Part shown: piece after piece, positions 1-9,548 of the stretch | Layout of the letters: every line of letters starts with the position of its first letter | Numbering within the stretch: position 1 is the stretch's first letter | The notes under the pieces: model-generated | Seen by the model: the letters and a program-made list of their open reading frames with translations, nothing else | Databases searched by the model: none | Told to the model about the DNA's origin: nothing | Origin: Minisyncoccota bacterium | Lineage (GTDB): Bacteria; Patescibacteriota; Minisyncoccia; Phycocordibacterales; UBA9973 | Length of the DNA stretch: 58,164 nucleotides | Reading direction: 5' to 3' | Assembly: GCA_025453495.1 (NCBI GenBank) | Contig: JALOQM010000003.1 | Coordinates: forward strand, 1 to 58,164 | Program-made: the position numbers and the translations under genes

Positions 1-2
1 AG

Positions 3-155
3 ACCATTGCCCGTATCAATGCCCTTGCTGACTATCTTCCTAGAACTCCGGTATCTACACCAGCACAGACACCACGCCTTGTAGCGCCAAGTACAGGGAC
101 TGTTTGTGATTTACTTACTGCGCCAAATCAAGCAATAGTCTCTGAAGAGAGGTGA
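3..155 (+). CDS. 3' end of an unidentified CDS entering from upstream (partial)
   Basis: Frame 3 is open from the window edge to TGA at 153-155 (...TGTVCDLLTAPNQAIVSEER*). No recognisable motif. Confidence 0.3.
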   Translation, partial: TIARINALADYLPRTPVSTPAQTPRLVAPSTGTVCDLLTAPNQAIVSEER

Positions 156-258
156 TGAATGATTTCATGTAATACTATTTATCCACACACGTTCCTAGGC
201 ACAGCAGTCTCGTGGTATACTTGTAATGTCATTACTAATAGACTACCGGGCTCCGGTG

Positions 259-264
259 TATAAT
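259..264 (+). promoter_or_regulatory. -10 box TATAAT, 8 nt upstream of the pilin ATG (leaderless-type promoter)
   Basis: TATAAT at 259-264, ATG at 273. No room for a Shine-Dalgarno sequence. Confidence 0.45.
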
Positions 265-272
265 TTTCATTT

Positions 273-701
273 ATGCGAAATTACAACAAAGGTTTTACGC
301 TTATCGAATTGCTCGTCGTGATCGCAATTATCGGTATTCTTTCGTCAGTTGTGCTTGCGTCGCTCAATTCAGCTCGTTCAAAAGGTGCTGATGCGGCGAT
401 CAAAGCAAATCTTGCAAACACACGCGCACAAGCAGAGATTTATTATGATTCAAACGGCAACTATGGTTCAAATACAAACGGCTGTGGCGGCACTGGAGTC
501 ATGTTTGGTGATCCGACAATGACCAAAGCGATTGACGCGGCAGAATCAGCAAGTGGTGGTAGTGCATCCTGTTATTCAAACGGAACAGAGTGGGCGATTT
601 CGGTACCACTGAAGACTGATTCAAATACACACTGGTGTGTTGATTCGTCTGGTGCTTCAACAAGTCAAAATGCTCCTATCTCAGGAGGTATCTGTCTATA
701 G
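273..701 (+). CDS. Type IV pilin-like protein (likely major pilin)
   Basis: Class III signal MRNYNKG|[16 protein letters not shown] with Gly-1, Glu+5 and a hydrophobic helix. C-terminal Cys pairs. A terminator follows. Confidence 0.85.
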   Translation: MRNYNKGFTLIELLVVIAIIGILSSVVLASLNSARSKGADAAIKANLANTRAQAEIYYDSNGNYGSNTNGCGGTGVMFGDPTMTKAIDAAESASGGSASCYSNGTEWAISVPLKTDSNTHWCVDSSGASTSQNAPISGGICL

Positions 702-727
702 TCACCATTTGGTGGTATGACACAAAA

Positions 728-750
728 CCGCCCGTTTGGGCGGTTTTGTT
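728..750 (+). terminator. Rho-independent terminator after the pilin gene
   Basis: ccgccc-gttt-gggcgg stem-loop followed by TTTT. Confidence 0.7.
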
Positions 751-759
751 CTTGCAGCA

Positions 760-768
760 TGGTATACT
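760..768 (+). promoter_or_regulatory. Extended -10 (TGgTATACT), 6 nt upstream of an in-frame GTG at 775
   Basis: TG at 760-761, TATACT at 763-768, GTG at 775 in frame with the ORF-track frame (start 736). Confidence 0.4.
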
Positions 769-774
769 TTTACT

Positions 775-1587
775 GTGTTATATATTCCCTTTGCAACTGT
801 TTTCTTATTTGTGTTTGGCGCCATTATTGGTAGTTTTCTCAATGTGGTCATACTGCGCATGCGTACCGGTAGGGGACTTGGTGGACGATCAATGTGTTTT
901 TCGTGTGGCAAGATACTCCGCGCGCGAGAACTTGTGCCGATTGCGAGCTTCCTTCTCCTTCGTGGGAAATGTGCGCGTTGCCGTGAGCGTATAGCTTTAC
1001 AATACCCGCTAGTAGAAGCACTTACTGGTATCTTATTTATGCTCTCAGGTATGTATGCAAATTTGGTTACAGATACATTATGGCAGTGGCTGCTCTATTT
1101 TTCATTTTACGTCGCAGTCTTTTCGACTTTTCTCATTATCGCTGTCTATGACATACGGCACAAGATTATCCCTAGTGGGCCACTTTATTTTCTAGTTATA
1201 CTATCGCTTTTTGCACCTCTTTTCTCTACAGCAACAGGAACGTACTTTAGTTCGCCGTGGATTGATCATGTCGTTGCAGCTCTTGTGCTTGCGGCGCCAT
1301 TTGCTGGTATATGGTTTGCATCTCGAGGACGCTTGATGGGTTTTGGTGATGCGAAGCTTGTGTTTTGTATCGGACTACTGCTTGGTCTTTCAAGTGGCGT
1401 TGCAGCGATACTACTTGCCTTTTGGATCGGTGCAGTCTTTGGTGTTATCTTATTGCTTTTGCGTAAGTACACACTTACAATAAAAAGCGAGCTTCCATTT
1501 GCACCATTTCTTGCACTTGGAGCTGCACTGACACTTTTCTTCCATATTGATATCGCCCGGCTATCTCTGCTTTTTAGTTGGTTTTAG
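775..1587 (+). CDS. pilD: Prepilin peptidase (A24 family, PilD-like)
   Basis: GSFLNVVILR; Cys motif CFSCG...CARC; catalytic Asp contexts AVYDIRHKIIP and GFGDAKL. The ORF-track start 736 (TTG) lies inside the upstream terminator hairpin, so GTG 775 is preferred. The start remains uncertain. Confidence 0.85.
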   Translation: MLYIPFATVFLFVFGAIIGSFLNVVILRMRTGRGLGGRSMCFSCGKILRARELVPIASFLLLRGKCARCRERIALQYPLVEALTGILFMLSGMYANLVTDTLWQWLLYFSFYVAVFSTFLIIAVYDIRHKIIPSGPLYFLVILSLFAPLFSTATGTYFSSPWIDHVVAALVLAAPFAGIWFASRGRLMGFGDAKLVFCIGLLLGLSSGVAAILLAFWIGAVFGVILLLLRKYTLTIKSELPFAPFLALGAALTLFFHIDIARLSLLFSWF

Positions 1588-1592
1588 TACAT

Positions 1593-2216
1593 ATGCAATT
1601 TTCTCAAATAAAAAAAATATATACTCCCTCACGAAATAGTGGCATGACATTCATTGAGCTTGTAGTTGTGATCGGTATTTTTGCGACGATCGCTGGTGTT
1701 GTACTTTTTAATTTCACTGGATTTTCTACAAATATCTCAGTCGATAATCTCGCGCAAGACATCGCATTGCGTATCAAAAATGCGCAGACAGAATCCATCT
1801 CAGGGAAATTTGCTCCAGGATTTACCACTCCACTCGTGCCGTCATATGGTGTACATTTTGATAGTACTACACCTTCGATGTTTACGTATTTCGCTGATCT
1901 TGATAATGATGGCCTCCTGACAGGAGTGAGTGCATGTGGTACACCAGGAGCTGAATGTCTTGAGCAGATTTCAATACAAAGTGGAGATCGCATACAGGCG
2001 CTCTGTGTCAATGAACAGTCTGGCTTTCCAAATTGCGGGATTCCTATTAATGATGTATCGGTGACATTTAAACGACCGTTTCCTGATGCGATTGTTTCGA
2101 CACTTTCATTGCCGAATCGCACAAGTATTTCTGATGTACAGATAAAAATTGTCTCAGCAAAAGGCAAGGAGAAAATCATCACTGTTTGGCCAACTGGACA
2201 AATAAGTGTGCAATGA
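1593..2216 (+). CDS. Pilin/pseudopilin-like protein (minor pilin)
   Basis: 17-aa leader then G|MTFIELVVVIGIFATIAGVV (Glu+5). ATG 1593 is the first ATG after the pilD stop (1585-1587). Confidence 0.75.
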   Translation: MQFSQIKKIYTPSRNSGMTFIELVVVIGIFATIAGVVLFNFTGFSTNISVDNLAQDIALRIKNAQTESISGKFAPGFTTPLVPSYGVHFDSTTPSMFTYFADLDNDGLLTGVSACGTPGAECLEQISIQSGDRIQALCVNEQSGFPNCGIPINDVSVTFKRPFPDAIVSTLSLPNRTSISDVQIKIVSAKGKEKIITVWPTGQISVQ

Positions 2217-2240
2217 ATCAGCTTGTAGTTTCAAAATCAT

Positions 2241-2882
2241 ATGCAAAAGAAAACCAAACACATCTCAAAAGAAAAATTCTCACTATCACCAAAGCTATGG
2301 TGGACAAGCATACAACAGATAGCTACTGGGTTTACACTTATCGAGGTCATGATCGCGGTGGCGCTTTTTACTGTTATTATGACAGTAGGTATCGGTGCTG
2401 TACTCAATTCAAATAGCAATCACAAAAAGACCCAAACACAGCGTCAAGTGATCGACAATCTTTCATTTATCATGGAGGACATGAGCCGCAATCTACGTCT
2501 TGGAAGCGCCTACCATTGTGGTGATGTTAGTGTAGGAATTGAGGATCCACTTGATTGTCAGTTTGGTCAGACACTTGCATTTGAGTCGGTGACTGGGGTG
2601 GCAGGTAATGCCTCTGATCAAGTCGTCTACGGCATTACCTCTGACGGCGCAATTATCAAATCTACTGATTCCGGTGCAACTGCAAAGAATCTGACTCCAC
2701 CAGAAGTGCTCATCGATCCTGCTCGCTCGGGTTTTAGTGTCACAGGAGCAGCACCATATGCATCAGGGGATAGAGCACAGCCACGCGTGATCATCCGCCT
2801 TTCGGGAAAAGTTGTCTACCGCAATATTGAGTCAGAATTTAATCTGCAAACCGTCGTCACGCAGCGGCTTATCGATCTGTAA
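2241..2882 (+). CDS. Pilin/pseudopilin-like protein with a 30-aa leader
   Basis: ...QQIATG|FTLIEVMIAVALFTVIM (Gly-1, Glu+5). Confidence 0.75.
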   Translation: MQKKTKHISKEKFSLSPKLWWTSIQQIATGFTLIEVMIAVALFTVIMTVGIGAVLNSNSNHKKTQTQRQVIDNLSFIMEDMSRNLRLGSAYHCGDVSVGIEDPLDCQFGQTLAFESVTGVAGNASDQVVYGITSDGAIIKSTDSGATAKNLTPPEVLIDPARSGFSVTGAAPYASGDRAQPRVIIRLSGKVVYRNIESEFNLQTVVTQRLIDL

Positions 2883-2911
2883 AAAGCTTTTCCTTTGAGC
2901 TCTAATATATT

Positions 2912-3565
2912 ATGCAAAACAAAAAACTTTTTTTTCAAAAAACAAAAAGCCCACTGTTGCCAGGAGTATGGCAAACACGTAAGCAGCAAAACACTGCTTC
3001 TGGTTTCACGATTATTGAAACGCTTGTCGCGCTGTCGCTGTTTACTTTTGCAATTCTCGGACTTATCGTTATCACATCACAAGGTATTTCTGATGTGAAC
3101 TTCGCAAAAAATAAATTGACTGCCTCATATCTCTCACAAGAAGGTATAGAAACCGTTCGCTCTATCCGTGATTCTCGTGTGCTTGCTGGAGAGTCATGGC
3201 AAGCAATCTTTTCTACAAATGCACTTACTGGTCTTGGCAATTGTACTGTAACAGCGCAGTCTAACGGCTGTGATATTGATGCATATACACTTGCGATTGA
3301 TACTTGCGCAACTGCTTCGCGCGCAGGTTGTGGACCGCTGCATTATGATTCGGCAACAGGTGCTTTCCGGATTGCATCTATCGGACAATCATTTCCTGCG
3401 TCTGCCTTCAATCGTGTCATCTCTCTTTCTGAGGTGTCTCCACAAGAAGTACGAGTGACAAGTACAGTTACATGGGACCAAGGTACAAACCAGAAATCTG
3501 TGACAATGACTGAGACATTGTTTAACTGGGCAACAGTCACTCCACTCTCACAAACAGGTCAATAA
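2912..3565 (+). CDS. Pilin/pseudopilin-like protein with a 31-aa leader (PilV-like)
   Basis: ...QNTASG|FTIIETLVALSLFTFAILGL (Gly-1, Glu+5). Confidence 0.75.
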   Translation: MQNKKLFFQKTKSPLLPGVWQTRKQQNTASGFTIIETLVALSLFTFAILGLIVITSQGISDVNFAKNKLTASYLSQEGIETVRSIRDSRVLAGESWQAIFSTNALTGLGNCTVTAQSNGCDIDAYTLAIDTCATASRAGCGPLHYDSATGAFRIASIGQSFPASAFNRVISLSEVSPQEVRVTSTVTWDQGTNQKSVTMTETLFNWATVTPLSQTGQ

Positions 3566-3568
3566 AAT

Positions 3569-4180
3569 ATGAAACTATATATGCCATACACAGCAAATAA
3601 AAAAGGATTCGTTATACTCTTCACTGTGCTTATTGCAAGTATTACACTTACCATTGCGCTTGGTATTGCGAGTGTTTCGTATCGTGAAGTATTGCTCTCA
3701 GCAACATCCAAGGATGCACAGTATTCTTTTTTTGCTGCTGATACTGGAGCAGAGTGCGCACTCTATTGGGATATCCAACAAGCAGCGTTTTCTCAGACAC
3801 TTGTTATTCCTTCCTGTGGTGGTCAACCTGTTGAGATGCTTGCATCGTCATCACCATTTGTCTTCCGCTTTGATACTGGACCTGCTGGCTGTGCACTTGT
3901 CACTGTCGACAAAGATGATCCGACAACAACAAAAATCGAGTCGCTTGGCTACAATATTTCTTGTGCTGACCTTTCCGCAAATCCATCAAATTCTCGCATT
4001 ACTGAGCGTGCAATCCGAGTGACGTATGGACCTGGCCAGGCTCCTGATGCTAATCCAAACCAACCACAAAATCCAAGTATCACCATAACTGGTAATCAAA
4101 CTACGGTACAAGTTCCAACAGCTGTGTCTGATAGGATTGAAAGTCGACCATCTGATAGTGATGCAGTAAGTGGGCAGTAG
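3569..4180 (+). CDS. Pilus-associated membrane-anchored protein (PilX-like; lacks Glu+5)
   Basis: MKLYMPYTANKKG|FVILFTVLIASITLTIALGIA. Low-complexity N/P/Q-rich C-terminus. Sits in the pilin operon. Confidence 0.55.
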   Translation: MKLYMPYTANKKGFVILFTVLIASITLTIALGIASVSYREVLLSATSKDAQYSFFAADTGAECALYWDIQQAAFSQTLVIPSCGGQPVEMLASSSPFVFRFDTGPAGCALVTVDKDDPTTTKIESLGYNISCADLSANPSNSRITERAIRVTYGPGQAPDANPNQPQNPSITITGNQTTVQVPTAVSDRIESRPSDSDAVSGQ

Positions 4181-4182
4181 GT

Positions 4183-6213
4183 ATGAGAACTCTAGCTGAA
4201 GCAAAAAAAAGAATAGAAAAACTCATCACACAAATCAATGATTTGCGCTATGAGTATCATGTCCGCAACAATCCAACTGTCACTGATGATGTCTACGATT
4301 CGCTCACAAAAGAACTCAAAATGCTTGTGAGAGAATATCCGCAATTTTCTGCACTTCTTGTTGAGATTGACCGTGTTGCCGGCAAACCACTTGATAAATT
4401 CTCCAAAGTGGCACACAGAGTACCTATGCTGTCGCTTAATGATGTGTTCAATAAAGAAGAGCTCGCAGATTGGGAGACGCGCATCAGGAAATTACTTCCA
4501 TCAGGTAGAGCATTCTCTTATTTTGCAGAACTAAAACTTGATGGACTTGCAGTCTCTCTTATCTATGAAGGTGGTGTATTTGTCCGCGGCGCGACACGCG
4601 GAGATGGTCGTGTAGGTGAGAATATCACTGAGAATCTCAAAATGATTCATTCTATCCCACTGACACTGCGCGCACCGTTTCCAGAGTATATCGAAATACG
4701 TGGTGAGGTAGTCATGGCAAAACGCGTCTGGGAAAAGCTCAACAAAAAAAACGAGAAGGAAGGGAAGCCACTTTTTGCAAATACACGAAATGCTGCTGCT
4801 GGGAGTGTACGCCAACTTGATCCCGCTCTCACCAAAGAACGCGAGCTTGATTTTATCGCCTATGATATTGCAGAGATCCGTGACGATAGTGACCGTTTTG
4901 TGCTTACTACACACAGTGATGAGCATGCACTACTTACTACACTTGGCTGCATGGTCGAACAGAGTCAAAGAAAGTGTCGCACTCTTAGTGATGTTGCTGT
5001 GTTTATCGATGACTTCGAAAAGAAGCGTTCGTCGTTTCCATATGGCACTGATGGTATTGTGATTTCTGTCGATGATCTCGCATTGCAGCAGAGTCTTGGT
5101 ATCGTCGGTAAAGCACCACGCTATATGGCAGCCTACAAATACCCACCAGAGAAGGCAACGACGACTATCTTGGATATTACTATCAATGTTGGTCGTACCG
5201 GTGTCTTGACGCCTATTGCGAAATTTCATCCAACTCGTGTCGCTGGATCACTCATCAGCAAAGCAACGTTGCACAATATGGATCAGATCAAACGGCTTGG
5301 CATAAAGATTGGTGATACTGTTGTCATTCAGAAAGCAGGTGATGTTATACCAGAAGTTGTCGAAGTTCTCACAAAGATGCGTACTGGCAAAGAAAAAGCA
5401 TTTACAATGACCAAAACATGCCCTGTCTGTGCTAGTCGTGTAGAAAAACGTGAAGTTGGAAGTAAAAGTGCGTCATCAGCAGCGCACTATTGCTCAAACC
5501 CTAACTGTTTAGCAAAGAACCGCCGTAGAATACAGCATTTTGTAAACGCTTTTGAAATATACGCCGTGGGTCCAAAGATTCTCGACCGTTTATCTGACGA
5601 AGGACTCATCTCCGACGCACTAGATCTGTTCACACTTAGTAAAGATGACCTTGTCTCATTGCCACGCTTTGGCGAGAAGAGTGCAGAAAATATTATAGCT
5701 TCAATTGAAGCGCATCGGAAAATACCACTTGCTCGATGTATCTTTGCGCTTGGCATCACGCATGTCGGTGAAGAGACAGCACGTGAGCTTGCACTCTATT
5801 TTGGGAGTCTTGAGAAGCTTATGTGTGCATCACTTACAGAGATCGAAGAAGTCGCAAACATTGGCACAGTCGTTGCAGAGAGTGTTTATAGCTATTTTCA
5901 TTCCAAAGAAGGTATAGCGTATATCCAAAAGCTGAAAGAGAATGGAATCATCGTTGAAAACCAAAAAAAAACTACTGGCGGTGTATTGTCTGGAAAGCTA
6001 TTTGTTATTACCGGTGTCCTCTCGTCTATGTCACGAGAAAAAGCAAAACAAGAGATACAAGAGCGCGGAGGGAAAGTCGCTGGTTCAGTCTCAGCCAAAA
6101 CTGACTATCTTGTCGCAGGGGAGAATCCTGGTTCAAAACTGACCGAAGCAACAAAGCATGGCACAAAAGTGCTTGATGAGGGTGCATTTAAGGCTCTGCT
6201 TGGGTACTATTGA
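4183..6213 (+). CDS. ligA: NAD-dependent DNA ligase
   Basis: Adenylation motif ELKLDG. Zn finger CPVC...CSNPNC. HhH region and a C-terminal BRCT-like segment (GKLFVITGVL...). 676 aa. Confidence 0.95.
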   Translation: MRTLAEAKKRIEKLITQINDLRYEYHVRNNPTVTDDVYDSLTKELKMLVREYPQFSALLVEIDRVAGKPLDKFSKVAHRVPMLSLNDVFNKEELADWETRIRKLLPSGRAFSYFAELKLDGLAVSLIYEGGVFVRGATRGDGRVGENITENLKMIHSIPLTLRAPFPEYIEIRGEVVMAKRVWEKLNKKNEKEGKPLFANTRNAAAGSVRQLDPALTKERELDFIAYDIAEIRDDSDRFVLTTHSDEHALLTTLGCMVEQSQRKCRTLSDVAVFIDDFEKKRSSFPYGTDGIVISVDDLALQQSLGIVGKAPRYMAAYKYPPEKATTTILDITINVGRTGVLTPIAKFHPTRVAGSLISKATLHNMDQIKRLGIKIGDTVVIQKAGDVIPEVVEVLTKMRTGKEKAFTMTKTCPVCASRVEKREVGSKSASSAAHYCSNPNCLAKNRRRIQHFVNAFEIYAVGPKILDRLSDEGLISDALDLFTLSKDDLVSLPRFGEKSAENIIASIEAHRKIPLARCIFALGITHVGEETARELALYFGSLEKLMCASLTEIEEVANIGTVVAESVYSYFHSKEGIAYIQKLKENGIIVENQKKTTGGVLSGKLFVITGVLSSMSREKAKQEIQERGGKVAGSVSAKTDYLVAGENPGSKLTEATKHGTKVLDEGAFKALLGYY

Positions 6214-6302
6214 CGACTTATTTTTTCGGGTGTATGGTTTACGTATCGTTCTTTTTATTGCAATACTCTCACTCAATGTTCCACCCTTAACCGTTTACCA
6301 GT

Positions 6303-6710
6303 ATGCATACCACACTCCTGCCCACTTCTTCTCTTGTGCCAATTGCACATAGTGTTGTTCGTTTTTCAAACACACCAGAAAAATGGAAAACATATTTTGG
6401 TTTTACTCCGATCAATTCTTCTGAAATGGAGTCAAGGTTTAATACACCGCTATATCATTGTAAACATATCACACCTGTGATCTCCAATAATGGTCGCATT
6501 CCGACAGGAAAGCGTTCGTACACTTACGATGAGTTAGCGGACTTCATTTACGCAAATAAAGAGTATTGCTCAAATCAAGCAGTTGCTATTGTCGGCTCAC
6601 ATGGCTGCTATTTTATTGTTTTGTATAGAAATAATGAGATAGTATCTTGCCTGAAATATGACTTTCCGGAAAAATGCAAGCTTCTCACATGCACTATAAT
6701 TGAAAAGTAA
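6303..6710 (+). CDS. Hypothetical protein
   Basis: 135-aa ORF followed by a terminator. No recognisable motifs. Confidence 0.4.
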   Translation: MHTTLLPTSSLVPIAHSVVRFSNTPEKWKTYFGFTPINSSEMESRFNTPLYHCKHITPVISNNGRIPTGKRSYTYDELADFIYANKEYCSNQAVAIVGSHGCYFIVLYRNNEIVSCLKYDFPEKCKLLTCTIIEK

Positions 6711-6723
6711 ACTGCTAGATTAA

Positions 6724-6759
6724 GCCCTTTCTTTATTAAACAAAGACAGGGCTTTTTTT
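6724..6759 (+). terminator. Rho-independent terminator
   Basis: gccct-t-tcttt ... aaaga-c-agggc hairpin followed by T7. Confidence 0.6.
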
Positions 6760-6775
6760 ATTTGTTTACCACGAG

Positions 6776-6781
6776 TATAAT
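6776..6781 (+). promoter_or_regulatory. -10 box TATAAT, 7 nt upstream of the gatC ATG 6789
   Basis: TATAAT at 6776-6781, ATG at 6789. Confidence 0.4.
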
Positions 6782-6788
6782 GCCTTAT

Positions 6789-7091
6789 ATGGAACTATTA
6801 GATATAGCAAAGCTTGCCCGATTGTCTCGTATAGACATGTCCGAAACTGAACAAAAAGAACTACTTGCCGATATGCACTCTATTCTCGGATATGTTGCGC
6901 AGCTTGAATCAGTCACTACCACTCAGACAGAAAATGCGCTTCCATTGCTTCGAAATGTCATGCGTGCGGATAAAAACGCATATGCAGGTGGTGAATATAC
7001 GGAAGTACTTAGCAAGTCAGCTCCAGAGAGTGCTGCAGGATATATTAAAGTTGCCCAGGTTATAGCTGATGACATACCACTTTCAGTATGA
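6789..7091 (+). CDS. gatC: Asp/Glu-tRNA amidotransferase subunit C
   Basis: MELLDIAKLARLSRIDMSETEQ... matches the GatC N-terminus pattern. 4-nt ATGA overlap with gatA. The ORF-track start 6762 overlaps the upstream terminator tail; ATG 6780 is an alternative. Confidence 0.85.
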   Translation: MELLDIAKLARLSRIDMSETEQKELLADMHSILGYVAQLESVTTTQTENALPLLRNVMRADKNAYAGGEYTEVLSKSAPESAAGYIKVAQVIADDIPLSV

Positions 7092-8503
7092 TTGATCTTG
7101 CTACACTCACAATAGAAAAAGCGCATGCATCAATGCAAGCCGGAGAATTTACTGCCCGTGAGCTTGTAGAAGCATATCTTGCACGCATCAAAGAAAAAAA
7201 CGACACCATCAATGCATATCTTGAAGTGTATGATGATGTATTGTCGCAGGCAGATGCTGCTGATCAAAGATTCAAAGATGGCACTGCCACCCTTTTAACT
7301 GGTATACCTATTGCTCTTAAGGACAATATCCTTGTCTCCGGTAAGCGTGTTAGCTGTGCGTCAAAAATACTTGATGGTTATGTGGGGACTTATACTGCCA
7401 CAGTCGTTACTAAGCTTCTCTCAGAAGGTGCAGTACTCCTCGGCAGGACCAATATGGATGAATTTGCAATGGGTAGCTCTACAGAGACCTCAGCATTTGG
7501 TGTGACGAAAAATCCACACGATCTCTCGCGAGTCGCCGGTGGTTCTTCGGGGGGTGCTGTCGCTGCGGTTGCTATGGGTGGGGCACTTGCTGCGCTTGGT
7601 TCCGATACCGGTGGCTCAGTCAGACAACCAGCATCTTTTTGTGGTGTTGTCGGTATGAAGCCGACATATGGCGCGATTTCTCGATCGGGACTCATTGCCA
7701 TGGGCTCATCGCTTGATCAGATTGGTCCTATTACAAAGACAGTGCGTGATGCTGAAATACTTTTTTCTGCACTTTCGTTTCATGATCCTATGGACAGTAC
7801 CTCACTTCCAGATGACATGCGCACTGTTGCTCACACAGAGACAAGAAAGATCGGCGTCCCAAGAGATATCATGTCTGGAGAAGGTATGGATGCTGCAGTA
7901 TTTGCGAATTTCAAACTATCGCTTGCTAAGCTTGAAAAAGCAGGCTATGTTGTCGTCCCAGTTGATCTACCACTTATGCAATATTCACTTGCTGTTTACT
8001 ATGTACTGATGCCAGCAGAAACATCGACTAATCTTGCACGTTTTGATGGTATTCGTTTTGGGTACTCAGTCCCTGGCAAAACACCAGATGAAGCGTTTGC
8101 AAAAACACGAGGTCAAGGTTTTGGAAAAGAAGTTCGTCGACGCATTATGCTCGGCGCATATGTATTGTCACATGGGTATTATGACGCCTATTACAACAAA
8201 GCGATTGCGGTGCGCAGAATGATCGAAAAAGAATTCGCGACAGTATTTGAAACTGTTGATGCAATCGCAACGCCGACGTCACCATTTCCAGCGTTTAAGA
8301 TTGGCGAGAAGGCGAGTGATCCACTTGCGATGTATCTCTCGGATATATTTACTGTACCTGCAAATATTGCAGGAATACCTGCAATATCTATTCCTGCCGG
8401 GAAAACAAATGATGGATTGCCGCTTGATTTCCAGCTTATGACAGCACATGCGTGTGAGCATACACTTTTTAAAATAGCTTCACTTTTTGAATCGCTTACA
8501 TGA
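7088..8503 (+). CDS. gatA: Asp/Glu-tRNA amidotransferase subunit A
   Basis: Amidase signature GGSSGGAVAAVA...GSDTGGSVRQPA. 471 aa. Confidence 0.95.
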   Translation: MIDLATLTIEKAHASMQAGEFTARELVEAYLARIKEKNDTINAYLEVYDDVLSQADAADQRFKDGTATLLTGIPIALKDNILVSGKRVSCASKILDGYVGTYTATVVTKLLSEGAVLLGRTNMDEFAMGSSTETSAFGVTKNPHDLSRVAGGSSGGAVAAVAMGGALAALGSDTGGSVRQPASFCGVVGMKPTYGAISRSGLIAMGSSLDQIGPITKTVRDAEILFSALSFHDPMDSTSLPDDMRTVAHTETRKIGVPRDIMSGEGMDAAVFANFKLSLAKLEKAGYVVVPVDLPLMQYSLAVYYVLMPAETSTNLARFDGIRFGYSVPGKTPDEAFAKTRGQGFGKEVRRRIMLGAYVLSHGYYDAYYNKAIAVRRMIEKEFATVFETVDAIATPTSPFPAFKIGEKASDPLAMYLSDIFTVPANIAGIPAISIPAGKTNDGLPLDFQLMTAHACEHTLFKIASLFESLT

Positions 8504-9150
8504 CAACTTTTATTATCGCAACCATAGGTGTATTTCTCTTTCTCGCTCTGTTGCCTTTTTTGGGACGCGTTGCATTTGATCCGAATTTTTTGAATCTTGA
8601 GTATTTCTTCAACAAAATACTTGAGCTTGTACAAGCTATTGTCGAGGGACTTTCGGATATTAGTTGGCTTGGTCTTCTCAAAATCGTATTGTCTCTTTTT
8701 GCTATCTTCTGCATCGCTGTTATCATTTACACACAATTGCGCCTGCGCGAACTATGGGCAGCGGATAGGGGCGGCGGTAGTAGACATAGTACAAAAGGTG
8801 TTACTGTTGCACAGGCGGATATTCCTGATCGAAAAAAGAATCCGAAATGGGAACACGTACTTGCGCTTGGCTTTAGCGCGAATCCCACTGATTGGCGGTT
8901 TGCGATTATTGAGGCAGATACGATGCTTGATGAATTATTGAAGGTGCTTGGATACCAAGGAGAGAATCTCGGCGAGCGATTGAAAGCAGTAGACAAAGCA
9001 GATTTCAAAACACTACAAATGGCATGGGAAGCACATCTTGTGAGAAACAAAATAGCTCATGAGGGTTCTGATTTTAAGCTTGACCAAGATGAAGCGCGCC
9101 GAATACTCGGTCTCTATGAGCGCGTATTTGTGGAATTTTCTTATATTTAG
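8500..9150 (+). CDS. Hypothetical membrane protein
   Basis: Two N-terminal hydrophobic helices and a soluble C-terminal domain. 4-nt overlap with gatA. Confidence 0.5.
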   Translation: MTTFIIATIGVFLFLALLPFLGRVAFDPNFLNLEYFFNKILELVQAIVEGLSDISWLGLLKIVLSLFAIFCIAVIIYTQLRLRELWAADRGGGSRHSTKGVTVAQADIPDRKKNPKWEHVLALGFSANPTDWRFAIIEADTMLDELLKVLGYQGENLGERLKAVDKADFKTLQMAWEAHLVRNKIAHEGSDFKLDQDEARRILGLYERVFVEFSYI

Positions 9151-9476
9151 AAGTACTTGACAAAATATCATTATATAGTAGTATTCTTCTCAGGTATCTA
9201 TTGTGTATGTGAAGATTCGCTTCTACACAAGTCATCGCTCTTATGTAGGAAAAGAATAATGGAAGGACTGTAGGAATATTTAAAGAACTGTACACTTATT
9301 TAAGTCGGGGATTTGAGTACTTCTAGCCGCAAACTAGTACTTATCAATACTGATTAGCATTAGTATGCAATTTCTTTCCGGCGAAATAGCAAAATTCGCT
9401 GTGTTTGTGGGGCATAATAGACCTACCATAGATTTTTGTTTGTTTAAAAATCACAATCCTGTTGATTTTTAGAGAG

Positions 9477-9507
9477 GCCCCTTGACGATGAGCACGGGGC
9501 TTTTTTT
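9477..9507 (+). terminator. Rho-independent terminator with no adjacent upstream CDS
   Basis: gcccc...ggggc hairpin followed by T7. Lies about 330 nt after the previous stop codon. Confidence 0.6.
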
Positions 9508-9548
9508 ATTTATTTCCTCTAAAGTACGGTATACTACCGGATATCTAT

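Noticed and set aside
1604-2182. Long antisense or overlapping ORFs in the six-frame track. Examples: 1604-2182(-), 8191-8736(-), 24962-25546(+), 26866-27309(-), 33710-34399(-), 37983-38417(-), 42836-43327(-), 50836-51285(+), 54407-55015(+), 56139-56525(+).
   Set aside because: Each lies entirely opposite or out of frame to a CDS with strong family motifs. Their translations are low-complexity (Ser/Arg/Cys/Ile-rich), and they have no promoter or terminator context. They are typical shadow ORFs.
9300-9510. Possible tmRNA, RNase P, SRP or 6S RNA in the long prfB-upstream spacer (it starts with ...GTCGGGGATTTGAG...).
   Set aside because: There is no tRNA-like 3' end (no GGTTCGAATCC T-arm or ACCA), no RNase P GAGGAAAGTCC-type core and no SRP GGAA/AGCA motif. 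It is kept only as an unclassified candidate RNA in the findings.
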